Source: Candidatus Babeliales bacterium (lineage in GTDB: Bacteria > Babelota > Babeliae > Babelales > JANWKD01). From it: a stretch of DNA of 64,000 nucleotides. The stretch is taken from contig OY969622.1 of assembly GCA_963701665.1 (NCBI GenBank), positions 1,024,001 to 1,088,000 of the forward strand, written 5' to 3'. The notes beneath the pieces were generated by a model. The model ran no database searches. It saw only the letters and a program-made list of their open reading frames with translations, and was not told the DNA's origin. The translations under genes were made by a program, and so were the position numbers. Below, in pieces: positions 19,656 through 29,323 of the stretch (its first letter is position 1; every line of letters starts with the position of its first letter).

Positions 19656-20706
19656 GCTCATCCCCATTTTTTTGAAATTGTTTGAGTCGATTGTTGCGTT
19701 CTTCTTCAATTAGATAATAAATCGATTTACATGGGCCATCATGCATTTTACATTCTCGAAGATAATCCTGGGCAGTTTTGCCCTCTCTATTTTTAGTATC
19801 AAGATTTATTCCTGCTTTTAATAATGCTTGAGCCGTTCTTATCAAATTGTCACTCGAAGTAAAAAAGATAGGCGCTGGATTGGAAGCCTGCGTTGATAAA
19901 ACGTGAAGTGCTGTTTCATCACTATCATCTACAGAATTGATAGAGATATTTTGTTGTATATAGTACTCTACAAGATCAGATGAACATGAACCCCATGAGG
20001 GTCCGCCTATTGGACTCTTGATTGCGCGATGTAATAAAGTTTCATAACCATTGCATTTGCAATTAACTCTTGCACCGTGCTTAACTAACAGCTCGGCTAT
20101 TTCTCTATTTTCAGCCCAGCATAGTGAAAACATACCAGGAGTAGCTTTATTCGGGTTAGCTTTTTGTTCAAGCAAAAGTTTTAAGAGCGAAAAATCATTC
20201 GCTGCTATGGGTGCAACAAGTGCTCTCGCACGATATTCTTTTGATTTTGCGTTGGGATCGGCACCTGCACACACCCACCCACTTATTTTACAACGAGTCT
20301 TAGGATATTCTTCAAAATTACGATTATCTGTGTTATCACCTAATTGGTTATTTTTTTGTTCTTGAGATAACGAAACTGCTCTTCGAAAGTATCTTTTTCT
20401 TTTAAAATAATCACACGTTAATGGTTGACGTTGCTCAGGACATTCTGAAAACCATGTTTCATGATCATTTTCATCAAAATCGGCTTCATTATATTCTTCT
20501 TGTGTAGCATCTGTGCTTTCTCTTTGCTCAAATTTTTCAAAACTTGCTTGTGCATGGTTCTCTTCATTGACTTGCTGCACACCTTCAGTTTTTTCATACG
20601 CTCTTTGTGCTGCATTCAGCCATTCATCTGCATCATCTTGCATGGCATTTGATGATGATGCAACAAAAATCATCATCAGTATTATAATTTTATACGTGCA
20701 TTCCAT
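19639..20706 (-). CDS. Array gene 6: secreted ankyrin-repeat protein (type B)
   Basis: Signal peptide, conserved N-module, ankyrin motifs TLLHRAI, TALHVL, GKTAQD, and the GGPSWGSCS insert. Confidence 0.88.
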   Translation of the reverse strand: MECTYKIIILMMIFVASSSNAMQDDADEWLNAAQRAYEKTEGVQQVNEENHAQASFEKFEQRESTDATQEEYNEADFDENDHETWFSECPEQRQPLTCDYFKRKRYFRRAVSLSQEQKNNQLGDNTDNRNFEEYPKTRCKISGWVCAGADPNAKSKEYRARALVAPIAANDFSLLKLLLEQKANPNKATPGMFSLCWAENREIAELLVKHGARVNCKCNGYETLLHRAIKSPIGGPSWGSCSSDLVEYYIQQNISINSVDDSDETALHVLSTQASNPAPIFFTSSDNLIRTAQALLKAGINLDTKNREGKTAQDYLRECKMHDGPCKSIYYLIEEERNNRLKQFQKNGDEHATHV

Positions 20707-21772
20707 GATCACCACCATTTTTTTGAAATTGCTTGAGTCGATTATTACGTTCTTCTTCAATTAAATCGTAAAGTAATTTACAAGTTTCCTTGGATGATTC
20801 CTTAAAACTTTCATTCTTTTGACATTCTTGAAGCAGACCTTGGGCGCTCTTTTCCCTTATATCTTTGGCATCAATATCTATACCCGCTTTAAATAAGAGG
20901 CGTGCTTTTTTTATAAGCTCTTCATGAGAATGTGCATAACACCTCCCGGATAAAATATGGAGCGCTGTTTCACGAACAGTATTTATTGCATTAATAGGAA
21001 CCTTTTGCTGAATATAATACTCTAGAAGATCCGATCGATAATCTTGATCGGCTGATCTATGCAATAAAGTACCACCCAAACCGTCACAGCATATTTCCAA
21101 TTCTGCACCATGTTTAATTAACAATTCAGCTATCTCTTTCTTCTTTGTCCAATATAGGGGAGGCCTATTTCTACAAATTGTTTCATTTGGATTCAGTCTA
21201 TGCTCCAGTAAAATTTTTATAAGCCAATAATCATTTTGTTCGGCTGGCTCTAAAATTGTACTTAGAAAAGAATGTCTTTTGCCTTTCGTGTTGGGATCTG
21301 CACCCGCACATACCCACCCAGCAGTTTTACAGCGATTTGCAGAATATTCCCTTTCAAACGATACCTTTAACGCACAATCCTTATTTAAATCAGCAAGAAT
21401 ATCATTTTTTTGTCCTTGCGGTAACGAAACAGCTCTTTGGAAGTATCTTTTTCTTTTAAAATAATCACACGTTAATGGTTGACGTTGCTCAGGACATTCT
21501 GAAAACCACGTTGCAGGATCATTTTCATCAAAATCGGCTTCATCATATTCTTCTTGTGTAGCTTCAGGGCTTTCTGCTTGCTCGAGCTTCTCAAGCTTTT
21601 CTCGCGCTTCATGCTGAGCATCTTTTTCTTCATTTACTTGCTGCACACCTTCAGTTTTTTCATACGCTCTTTGCGCTGCCTTAAGCCATTCATCTGCATC
21701 ATCTTGCATGGCATTCAGTAATGATGCAAAAAAAATAAGCATTAGCATTATAGTTTTAGACATACATTCCAT
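20690..21772 (-). CDS. Array gene 5: secreted ankyrin-repeat protein (variable type)
   Basis: Same N-module; GGTLLHRS, ETALHIL, KAGIDIDAKD. Confidence 0.88.
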   Translation of the reverse strand: MECMSKTIMLMLIFFASLLNAMQDDADEWLKAAQRAYEKTEGVQQVNEEKDAQHEAREKLEKLEQAESPEATQEEYDEADFDENDPATWFSECPEQRQPLTCDYFKRKRYFQRAVSLPQGQKNDILADLNKDCALKVSFEREYSANRCKTAGWVCAGADPNTKGKRHSFLSTILEPAEQNDYWLIKILLEHRLNPNETICRNRPPLYWTKKKEIAELLIKHGAELEICCDGLGGTLLHRSADQDYRSDLLEYYIQQKVPINAINTVRETALHILSGRCYAHSHEELIKKARLLFKAGIDIDAKDIREKSAQGLLQECQKNESFKESSKETCKLLYDLIEEERNNRLKQFQKNGGDHGMHV

Positions 21773-22832
21773 GATCACCACCATTTTTTTGCAACTGTTT
21801 GAGGCGATTGTTGCGTTCTTCTTCAATTCGATCATAAAGAAGTTTGCAATTATCATTATATTTTTTACATTCTCGAAGATAATCCTGGGCAGTTTTGCCC
21901 TCTCTATTTTTAGTATCAAGATTTATTCCTGCTTTTAATAATGCTTGAGCCGTTCTTATCAAATTGTCACTCGAAGTAAAGAAGATAGACGCTGGATTGG
22001 AAGCCTGCGTTGATAAAACGTGAAGTGCCGTATCATTATTATCATCTACAGAATTGATAGAGATATTTTGTTGTATATAATACTCTACAAGATCAGGTGA
22101 ACATGAACCCCACGAGGGTCCTCCTATTGGACTCTTGATCGCTCTATGCAATAAAGTTTTTCTCCCATCGCATCTGCAATTAACATTTGCACCATACCCG
22201 ACTAATAATTCGACCATTTCTTTATTTTCAGCCCAGCATAGTGGAGACATACCGGGGGTAGCTTTGTTCGGGTTAGCTTTTTGCACAATCAAAAGCTCTA
22301 AGAGACGAAAATCATTCGCCCCAACGGGTGCAACAAGTGCTCTCGCACGGTATTCTTTTGATTTTGAATTGGGGTCGGCACCCGTACACACCCACCCACT
22401 TATTTTACAACGAGTCTTAGGATATTCTTCAAAATTACGATTATCTGTGTTATCACCTAATTGGTTATTTTTTTGTTCTTGAGGCAACGAAACAGCCCTT
22501 TGGAAGTACCTTTTTCTTTTAAAATAATCACATGTTAATGGTTGACCTTGCTCCGGGCATTCCGAAAACCATGTCGAAGGGTCATTCTCATCAAAAGTAG
22601 CTTCATCATAGTATTCTTGTACTGCAGGACTTTCTGTTTGCTCAAATTTTTCAAAACTTGCTTGTGCTTCATGCTGAGTATCTTTTTCTTCTTTTACTTG
22701 CTGCACACCTTCAGTTTTTTCATAAGCTCTTTGTGCTGCATTGAGCCATTCATCTGCATCATCTTGCATAGCATTTAGTGATGACACAACAAAAATCATC
22801 ATCGGCATTATAGTTTTATACATGCATTCCAT
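21756..22832 (-). CDS. Array gene 4: secreted ankyrin-repeat protein (type B)
   Basis: Same N-module; TLLHRAIKSPIGGPSWGSCS, DTALHVL. Confidence 0.88.
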   Translation of the reverse strand: MECMYKTIMPMMIFVVSSLNAMQDDADEWLNAAQRAYEKTEGVQQVKEEKDTQHEAQASFEKFEQTESPAVQEYYDEATFDENDPSTWFSECPEQGQPLTCDYFKRKRYFQRAVSLPQEQKNNQLGDNTDNRNFEEYPKTRCKISGWVCTGADPNSKSKEYRARALVAPVGANDFRLLELLIVQKANPNKATPGMSPLCWAENKEMVELLVGYGANVNCRCDGRKTLLHRAIKSPIGGPSWGSCSPDLVEYYIQQNISINSVDDNNDTALHVLSTQASNPASIFFTSSDNLIRTAQALLKAGINLDTKNREGKTAQDYLRECKKYNDNCKLLYDRIEEERNNRLKQLQKNGGDHGMYV

Positions 22833-23886
22833 GATCACCACCATTTTTTTGCAATTGTTTGATTCGATCGTTACGTTCTTCTTCAATTAAATCATAAACC
22901 AGGTTACAACGTTCAACCCATTTTTTACATTCTTGAAGCGAGTCTTGGGCAGTTTTGCCCTCTTTATCTTTAGCATCAATATCTATGCCTGCTTTAAGCA
23001 AATATTGAACTGTCTTCTTTAGATCAACATCTGAAATTAAATTTGAGGAATAATTAGCTGAAAGAGCTGAAACATGTAAGGCTGTTCTATTATTTCTATC
23101 TAGAGAATTAATAGGAATTCCCTGTTTAATATAAAAATTTATAAGACTGGGTTGGCGATCACTATTAATTGCTTCGTGTAATATAGTAGTCCCCCAAATA
23201 GTATCTTTAGATATTTTAGCGCCATATTTAATTAATAATTTTGCCATTCGTTTATTTTTAGCAAAATATGATGATGGAACAAATATTATTGTTTTATTAG
23301 GATTGGCCCCATGCTCAAGAACTATTTGAATTACTTCATAATCATCATGATCGATTGGCCTTAAAAGCACATTTCCCGCATCCACCAAATGAAACAAAGC
23401 TACACTAGTATTGGGATTACCTCCTGCACAAACCCAACCGGCAGTTTGGCATCGATTTATAGCATATTCATTATCGTCATCAGGGAATTTATAACGTTTT
23501 ATGAGATGGTGAAGTAAATCATTTTTCTTTCTTTTTGGTAATGAAACAGCCCTTTGCCAGTACCTTTTGCCTTTAAAATAATCGCAACTTAATTCCTTGC
23601 CTTGTGCAGGGCATTCTGAAAACCATGTTGAATAATCATTCTCATCAAAATTAGGTTCATCATATTCTTGTGTAGCTTCGGGGCTTTCTGTTTGCTCAAG
23701 CTTCTCAAAACTTTCTCGAGCTTCATGCCCAGCATCTTTTTCTTCTTTTACGTGCTGCACACCTTCAGTTTTTTCATATACCTTTTGTGCTGCCTTGAGC
23801 CATTCACCTGCATCATCATGCATAGCATTCAGCGATGATGCAACAAAAATAATAGTCGGCAGTATAATTTTATACATGCATTGCAT
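22816..23886 (-). CDS. Array gene 3: secreted ankyrin-repeat protein (variable type)
   Basis: Same N-module; WGTTILHEAI, RTALHVSA, GKTAQD. Confidence 0.88.
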   Translation of the reverse strand: MQCMYKIILPTIIFVASSLNAMHDDAGEWLKAAQKVYEKTEGVQHVKEEKDAGHEARESFEKLEQTESPEATQEYDEPNFDENDYSTWFSECPAQGKELSCDYFKGKRYWQRAVSLPKRKKNDLLHHLIKRYKFPDDDNEYAINRCQTAGWVCAGGNPNTSVALFHLVDAGNVLLRPIDHDDYEVIQIVLEHGANPNKTIIFVPSSYFAKNKRMAKLLIKYGAKISKDTIWGTTILHEAINSDRQPSLINFYIKQGIPINSLDRNNRTALHVSALSANYSSNLISDVDLKKTVQYLLKAGIDIDAKDKEGKTAQDSLQECKKWVERCNLVYDLIEEERNDRIKQLQKNGGDHGMHV

Positions 23887-24937
23887 GATCACCACCATTT
23901 TTTTGAAATTGTTTAAGCCGATTATTACGTGCTTCTTCAATCAAATCATAAATCGATTTACATGGGCCATCATGCATTTTACATTCTCGAAGATAATCCT
24001 GGGCAGTTTTGCCCTCTCTATTTTTAGTATCAAGATTTATTCCTGCTTTTAATAATGCCCGTGCCGTTCTTATATAATCTTCATTCGAAGCATATAGGCC
24101 AGATACGTGGTTAGACACTTGCGATGCCACAACGTGAAGTGCTGTTTCATCACTATCATCTACAGAATTGATAGAGATATTTTGTTGTATATAATACTCT
24201 ACAAGATCAGATGAACATGAACCCCATGAGGGTCCTCCTATTGGACTCTTGATCGCTCTATGCAATAAAGTTTTTCTCCCATCGCATCTGCAATTAACAG
24301 TTGCGCCGTGCTTAACTAATAATTCGGCTATTTCTCTATTTTCAGCCCAGCATAGTGAAAACATACCAGGAGTAGCTTTATTCGGGTTAGCTTTTTGTTC
24401 AAGCAAAAGTTTTAAGAGCGAAAAATCATTCGCTGCTATGGGTGCAATAAGCGCTCTCGTACCATATTCCTTCGATTTTGCATTGGGATTGGCACCTGCA
24501 CACACCCAACCGCTTATTTTACAACGAGCTTTAGGATATTCCTCCCGATGACGATTATGTATACTATTGCCTAACTGATGATTTTTTTGTTCTTGAGGTA
24601 ATGAAACAGCTCTTCGAAAGTATCTTTTTCTTTTAAAATAATCACACGTTAATGGCTGACCTTGTTCAGGACATTCTGAAAACCATGTTTCATGATCATT
24701 TTCATCAAAATCGGCTTCATTATATTCTTCTGCGGGCCTTTCTGTTTGCTCACGATTTTCAAACTTTTCTTGTGCTTCATGCTGAGTATCTTTTTCTTCT
24801 TTTACCTGCTGCATGCCTTCAGTCTTTTCATAAGCTCTTTGCGCTGCATTGAGCCATTCATCTGCATCATCTTGCATGGCATTCAGTGATACAACACAAA
24901 TCATCATCGGTATTATAATTTTATACATGCGTTCCAT
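23870..24937 (-). CDS. Array gene 2: secreted ankyrin-repeat protein (type B)
   Basis: Same N-module; TLLHRAIKSPIGGPSWGSCS, ETALHVVA. Confidence 0.88.
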   Translation of the reverse strand: MERMYKIIIPMMICVVSLNAMQDDADEWLNAAQRAYEKTEGMQQVKEEKDTQHEAQEKFENREQTERPAEEYNEADFDENDHETWFSECPEQGQPLTCDYFKRKRYFRRAVSLPQEQKNHQLGNSIHNRHREEYPKARCKISGWVCAGANPNAKSKEYGTRALIAPIAANDFSLLKLLLEQKANPNKATPGMFSLCWAENREIAELLVKHGATVNCRCDGRKTLLHRAIKSPIGGPSWGSCSSDLVEYYIQQNISINSVDDSDETALHVVASQVSNHVSGLYASNEDYIRTARALLKAGINLDTKNREGKTAQDYLRECKMHDGPCKSIYDLIEEARNNRLKQFQKNGGDHAMHV

Positions 24938-25934
24938 GTTCACCACCATTTTTTTGCAGTTGTTTAAGCCGATTGTTACGTTCTTCTTCAATTAAATCAT
25001 AAAGCGCCCTGCAATTATCATTATTCTTCCTGCATTCTTGAAGCATACCTTGAGCAGTTTTTCCATCTTTATTAGCATCAATATCTATATCTATGCCTGC
25101 TTTAAATAAGAGACGTGCTTTTTTTATAACGTCTCCACGAGACTGCACCGTGCACCAATAAGATAACTCATGAAGCGCTGTTTCATTATAATGATTCAGA
25201 GAGTTTATAAAGACCTTTTGTTCGATATAATACTCTAAAAGATCAGGTAATCTTCCTTGCATTATTGCTCGATGCAATAATGTGTTACCACTTTTTGCAC
25301 CTTTCCAATTAACTTTTGCACCATGCGCAACTAATAACTCAGCTATCTCTTTGTTTTTAGCATAGGATAACGCAGGCTCACCTAGGATAATGTTTTTATT
25401 TGGTTTAGCTTTGTGCTCAAGTAAAATTTTTACAAGCCAAAAATCATCATTTTGAAGGGGATCTAACAGTGGCCTCCAGGGTCTTTTGAAACTAATGTTA
25501 GGATTAGCTCCTGCACACACCCAACCGCCTATTTTGCATCGCTGTGTAGAATATTCTGCACAACTATCATCTAACTCATTATTTTTTTGTTCTTGAGTCA
25601 AAGAAACAGCCCTTTGAAAGTACTTTTTTCTTTTAAAATAATCACACGTTAATGGTTGACCCTGTGCAGGACATTCTGTAAACCATGTTGCATGATCATT
25701 CTCATCGAAAGTAGGTTCATCATAGTCTTCTTGTGTAACTTCAGGGCTTTGCTCAAGCGTCTCAAACTTTTCTTGAGCTTCATGCCCAGCATCTTTTTCT
25801 TCTTTTACTTGCTGCACACCTTCAGTTTTTGCAAAAGCTTCATCAGCTTTTCTTAGCCATTCATCTTCATCATGCATGGCATTCAGTGATACGCTCAGCA
25901 TCATTGATACAAAAAATATATATCCCAATTTCAT
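24921..25934 (-). CDS. Array gene 1: secreted ankyrin-repeat protein (variable type)
   Basis: Signal peptide LNA|MHD; SGNTLLHRAI, ETALHEL, GKTAQG. Confidence 0.88.
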   Translation of the reverse strand: MKLGYIFFVSMMLSVSLNAMHDEDEWLRKADEAFAKTEGVQQVKEEKDAGHEAQEKFETLEQSPEVTQEDYDEPTFDENDHATWFTECPAQGQPLTCDYFKRKKYFQRAVSLTQEQKNNELDDSCAEYSTQRCKIGGWVCAGANPNISFKRPWRPLLDPLQNDDFWLVKILLEHKAKPNKNIILGEPALSYAKNKEIAELLVAHGAKVNWKGAKSGNTLLHRAIMQGRLPDLLEYYIEQKVFINSLNHYNETALHELSYWCTVQSRGDVIKKARLLFKAGIDIDIDANKDGKTAQGMLQECRKNNDNCRALYDLIEEERNNRLKQLQKNGGEHGTHV

Positions 25935-25951
25935 AAGAATATCTTTCTTTT

Positions 25952-27646
25952 TTAAATGTGAGATACGTAGTTTTGTGCCTTATTATGTTGTTCAATTTTT
26001 TCATGCACAATGCGATCAAGCGTATGCTCACTCATAACTTTATTTTCAGTTGCAAATGCAGCATGCTGCGCATGAATTGCTAATTTTGATATATCACGTC
26101 CTGAAAAACCTGCTGTCTTGTGTGCCATTTCTTGCAATTTTTCTTCTGAAAGATTTTCAATCTTTGCCTCTCTATCCATAACATATTTATTAAAATAGAG
26201 ATTAAGTAACTCTTTACGCCCTAGTGCATCAGGTAATCCAATAAATTCTTTTTGATCAATACGACTTATCGCTGCTGCATCTAATGCTTCTGGTCTATTC
26301 GTAGCCAAAACAAGCATGAACTTTTTGGTCTCGGTTCCGGTGTGCGTTAAGAAAGCGGTTAATAATTTTCTGGTTGATTCACTTACTTTATTTCTTGATT
26401 CTAAAAGAGCATCAGCTTCATCGATAAACAGCAAAAGTCCTTTTGGAGAATTGTCTGCCCATTTAAATAGCTTATTGAGCTCTTTAATTTTCTGATCTTC
26501 AGAAAACTGATCAAAATTTGCGCCTGAAGTAATTGCATAATCTAACCCTGATGAGCGCGCTAATTCTCGTGCCAATAATGTTTTACCAGTACCTGGAGGA
26601 CCATATACTAAAAGGTGACGATGAAATCCATCATTTTTTTGAACATGCTTTAAACCCTGTGCAAGTTCAAGAAGACGATTTTTTGTTGCCTCAGGCAAAA
26701 TAAGCTCGCTAAACGGTGCAACAGCAACAGGTTGTGGCTTGCCATAATTTATTGCAGTTTTGAATGGCGCAAGAAAACGCTGTTGTAATGTTAGGCGCGA
26801 TGTTTCAGTCACAAGAGTCGGCTTTCGCAAAAGCATTGCAACGTGATCACCAACAACTTGCGATCCTTTACGGGAAGCAAAATAGGCAAGGCTGCATCCA
26901 GCAAGGCCGAGGGTGGCGTAGGTAACTTTTTCAGGATCACTTATGAAGGTGTTAAATCCTTGTCCCCATAATTGCAATTTTTCCATCGAGTGTTTATGAA
27001 GCATAGCGGTTTTTGTAAGATCATGCTTTAAGCGTTCTGGCAATGTTTGTTGATCTAATTCTGCTTGGATTTTAGCTTCTTCGACGCGTGTTTTACGCTG
27101 TTCTCTTTCACGTTCTCTCATGCGTTGTGTTTTATAAGATTCTCCCTCTTGCATGAGTTTCCGCGCTAATGCATCCTGGCGTAGAAGAAAATCGTTTAAT
27201 TCATTACCAAAATTAAGATCAACATTTCTCCGTGTACCTGCTTTTGCTTTTATAGTATCTTTTATATATTTTTTATTTCTTTTTTGTGCTAATTGATGTT
27301 CTTCTCTCAGCAATTGCTTTCGTAATTTATGCTCTTCGGCTTGGCGCTCTTTTGCCAATTCATGTTCTTTTTGTGCTTTTGCCATTTCACTTGCCATGCC
27401 CCAACGCCCACGTACATCTTCATGATCTTTCACAAGCTTTAATTGTTCTGCTTTAGCAGCCTCAATGTCCCGTTGGAGTTTTAATTTTTCAACAGTTTGA
27501 TAAAGATCAATCTTTGAATTTGAAGGTGATTCCATATAAACAGCCGCTCGGCTCAGTGCTGTACTCAACCTTTTATCAGAATGCTGCATAGCACCGAGTG
27601 GCAATGAAAGTAAAAGTAATGGTATAAGATAGAAAGTATTCTTCAT
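25952..27646 (-). CDS. ATAD3-like AAA+ ATPase with signal peptide, coiled coil and TM segment
   Basis: YGPPGTGKT..ARSSGLDYAI, KLFKWA..SPKGLLLFIDEADA, FMLVLATNRPE, GFSGRDISKL, plus upstream GFNTFISDPEKV and KPTLVTETSR. All resemble eukaryotic ATAD3 as recalled. Confidence 0.85.
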   Translation of the reverse strand: MKNTFYLIPLLLLSLPLGAMQHSDKRLSTALSRAAVYMESPSNSKIDLYQTVEKLKLQRDIEAAKAEQLKLVKDHEDVRGRWGMASEMAKAQKEHELAKERQAEEHKLRKQLLREEHQLAQKRNKKYIKDTIKAKAGTRRNVDLNFGNELNDFLLRQDALARKLMQEGESYKTQRMREREREQRKTRVEEAKIQAELDQQTLPERLKHDLTKTAMLHKHSMEKLQLWGQGFNTFISDPEKVTYATLGLAGCSLAYFASRKGSQVVGDHVAMLLRKPTLVTETSRLTLQQRFLAPFKTAINYGKPQPVAVAPFSELILPEATKNRLLELAQGLKHVQKNDGFHRHLLVYGPPGTGKTLLARELARSSGLDYAITSGANFDQFSEDQKIKELNKLFKWADNSPKGLLLFIDEADALLESRNKVSESTRKLLTAFLTHTGTETKKFMLVLATNRPEALDAAAISRIDQKEFIGLPDALGRKELLNLYFNKYVMDREAKIENLSEEKLQEMAHKTAGFSGRDISKLAIHAQHAAFATENKVMSEHTLDRIVHEKIEQHNKAQNYVSHI

Positions 27647-27664
27647 AAAAAAGTCCCTTTATAA

Positions 27665-28675
27665 TTAATTATTGTGTTCTTTGTGTTTGTTAATCTTTTT
27701 TGCTTCATGCAGACGCTCTTTAAAACGCTCTTTTCTCGTGTAACAGGATGGATGAGAATCAAAGAGTGAAGTTGTTGCTTTTTGCACTTCTTCACGAATC
27801 TCTTTTTTTTCTTTTTTGTTTGCTAAAAAAATGGATGGCGCCATTGCCTCTTCATATCTTTTTTGATCTCTTTTGAAATGATGAATGGCAGCTTGTAAAA
27901 TTTTAGGGTTATCGACAACAACGTTATCATCGGCACGTTGCTCAATATATCTTTGACATCCCATTAACAGCATCAGATTTCCGTACCCTTTTGCAACACC
28001 AAGCGGTAACGCAAGAAGATTTCTGATCCATCGTCTAGTTGGTTTAAAAGGTTTTTTGCAAAAATAATAAAGACCTTCGGTACATAGAGGGATAGCCAAC
28101 CCTAGCGCAAGTTTCTGCTTTGTATCGCAATAATAAACATGATTTGCTTCGTGTCTGTAGATAAATTTCTGTTCAGCTAACTCTTTGTTACGTTGTTTCT
28201 TGGTATAATAATTTTTTCTGGTCCTATTCTTTTCTAAGACTCCCTCCAATTTTGAGGTCACTTCTTTAGTATTTTGATCAAGGTAACTATGTACAAATAC
28301 TGTATTATCAGTGGAACTGGAACCACCTATTCCGGCATCACCTTTGGGCAAAAGAAATCGTTTAATTCTAACACCTTCAGGATTTGCAATATTCTGTATA
28401 GCAAGCTGCTCTCTAATAAACTGTTTGGCATCCTCAGTAGGTTCACCATACTTATCAATATCCCCGTGTAGTTCAGACCATAAGAGGGTTGACTTAGCTG
28501 CAGGAAATCCAGTTGGGGCAAATGCACAGCCATAATGAGCACAGGTTAACGCTGCAGTCCCGATAGTTGCTCCGACCGCTAAACTCCTTTTAAAGAGTGA
28601 TTTTTTCTCCATAGAAAAGGCGCAAGGCGTCATCAATACCATAGCTATAAATAAGCTCATTCCATAACTTTTCAT
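27665..28675 (-). CDS. Secreted-type M48-like zinc metallopeptidase
   Basis: RHEANH (HExxH), EQRADD, SHPS..R; signal peptide AFS|MEK. Confidence 0.75.
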   Translation of the reverse strand: MKSYGMSLFIAMVLMTPCAFSMEKKSLFKRSLAVGATIGTAALTCAHYGCAFAPTGFPAAKSTLLWSELHGDIDKYGEPTEDAKQFIREQLAIQNIANPEGVRIKRFLLPKGDAGIGGSSSTDNTVFVHSYLDQNTKEVTSKLEGVLEKNRTRKNYYTKKQRNKELAEQKFIYRHEANHVYYCDTKQKLALGLAIPLCTEGLYYFCKKPFKPTRRWIRNLLALPLGVAKGYGNLMLLMGCQRYIEQRADDNVVVDNPKILQAAIHHFKRDQKRYEEAMAPSIFLANKKEKKEIREEVQKATTSLFDSHPSCYTRKERFKERLHEAKKINKHKEHNN

Positions 28676-28924
28676 AAATCCCCTAATAGCCTATTGCTTT
28701 CTATTTGAAACAAAGGTATATTTTTAAAAATTGCTACAATAATACCTTATAGCAGGTTAATTTCTATAATACCATATAATTTCATTTTGACAAGTCCAGG
28801 GAGAATATAGAGACAATATATTTACTTTTGGCTATTTTTTTTATGGCAAAAGGCCTAAAAACACCTTGGAATAAGAAAAGAGCGATTATGGGGTAAAAAG
28901 GCTAAGATTGTCCAAGAACCTACT

Positions 28925-29322
28925 TAACGTGAATTCAATAAGAAAACTTGAAATTAAATGTGAATAATAGCCCAAAGACGTCTTCCCGAGGCCTGCGATC
29001 CAGATAATAAAATTAATTCATTAAGGAAAATTTTATTATTGGATTCCCACGCTAACGCTCGGAATGACGAATATGCGCCAGTATGTCATCCCGAGAAGCG
29101 AAGCGACGTGGGGATCCAAACTTTAATTAATTCCTTAAGGATTTATAAATTATCTGGGTTCTACTTTGCTAAAGCTTCGTAGAACAGGTTGCCAGCTCCT
29201 TCGAAGCTCGTAGAGCGAAGTAGGATCGCAATGACACCTTTACCGTCAATCAACTTTATTAAATTGCTATATTCTTCTTTTAAATAACAAAAATTATCGT
29301 TGCTTAAATCGAACTCACGTTA
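28925..29322. mobile_element. Composite palindromic repeat, copy 2 (two cores, 28980-29068 and 29085-29235)
   Basis: Two tandem GTC[T/A]TCCCGAG...ATGAC cores with nested hairpin inserts. Outer inverted repeats TAACGTGAATTCAAT / ATCGAACTCACGTTA. Confidence 0.8.
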
Positions 29323-29323
29323 T

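Noticed and set aside
18630..24991. ORF-track N-terminal extensions of the array genes (MKKNVTI..., and MILKIERAK... at 21919)
   Set aside because: They are alternate-frame readings of the upstream paralog's conserved tail. The SD and the signal peptide point to starts within the 17-bp overlaps, and gene 6 lacks the second Met, supporting the first.
18630..25934. Diversity-generating retroelement or invertase shufflon as the cause of array variation
   Set aside because: No reverse transcriptase or recombinase in the window, all copies have the same orientation, and differences include indels and all base types rather than adenine-specific changes.
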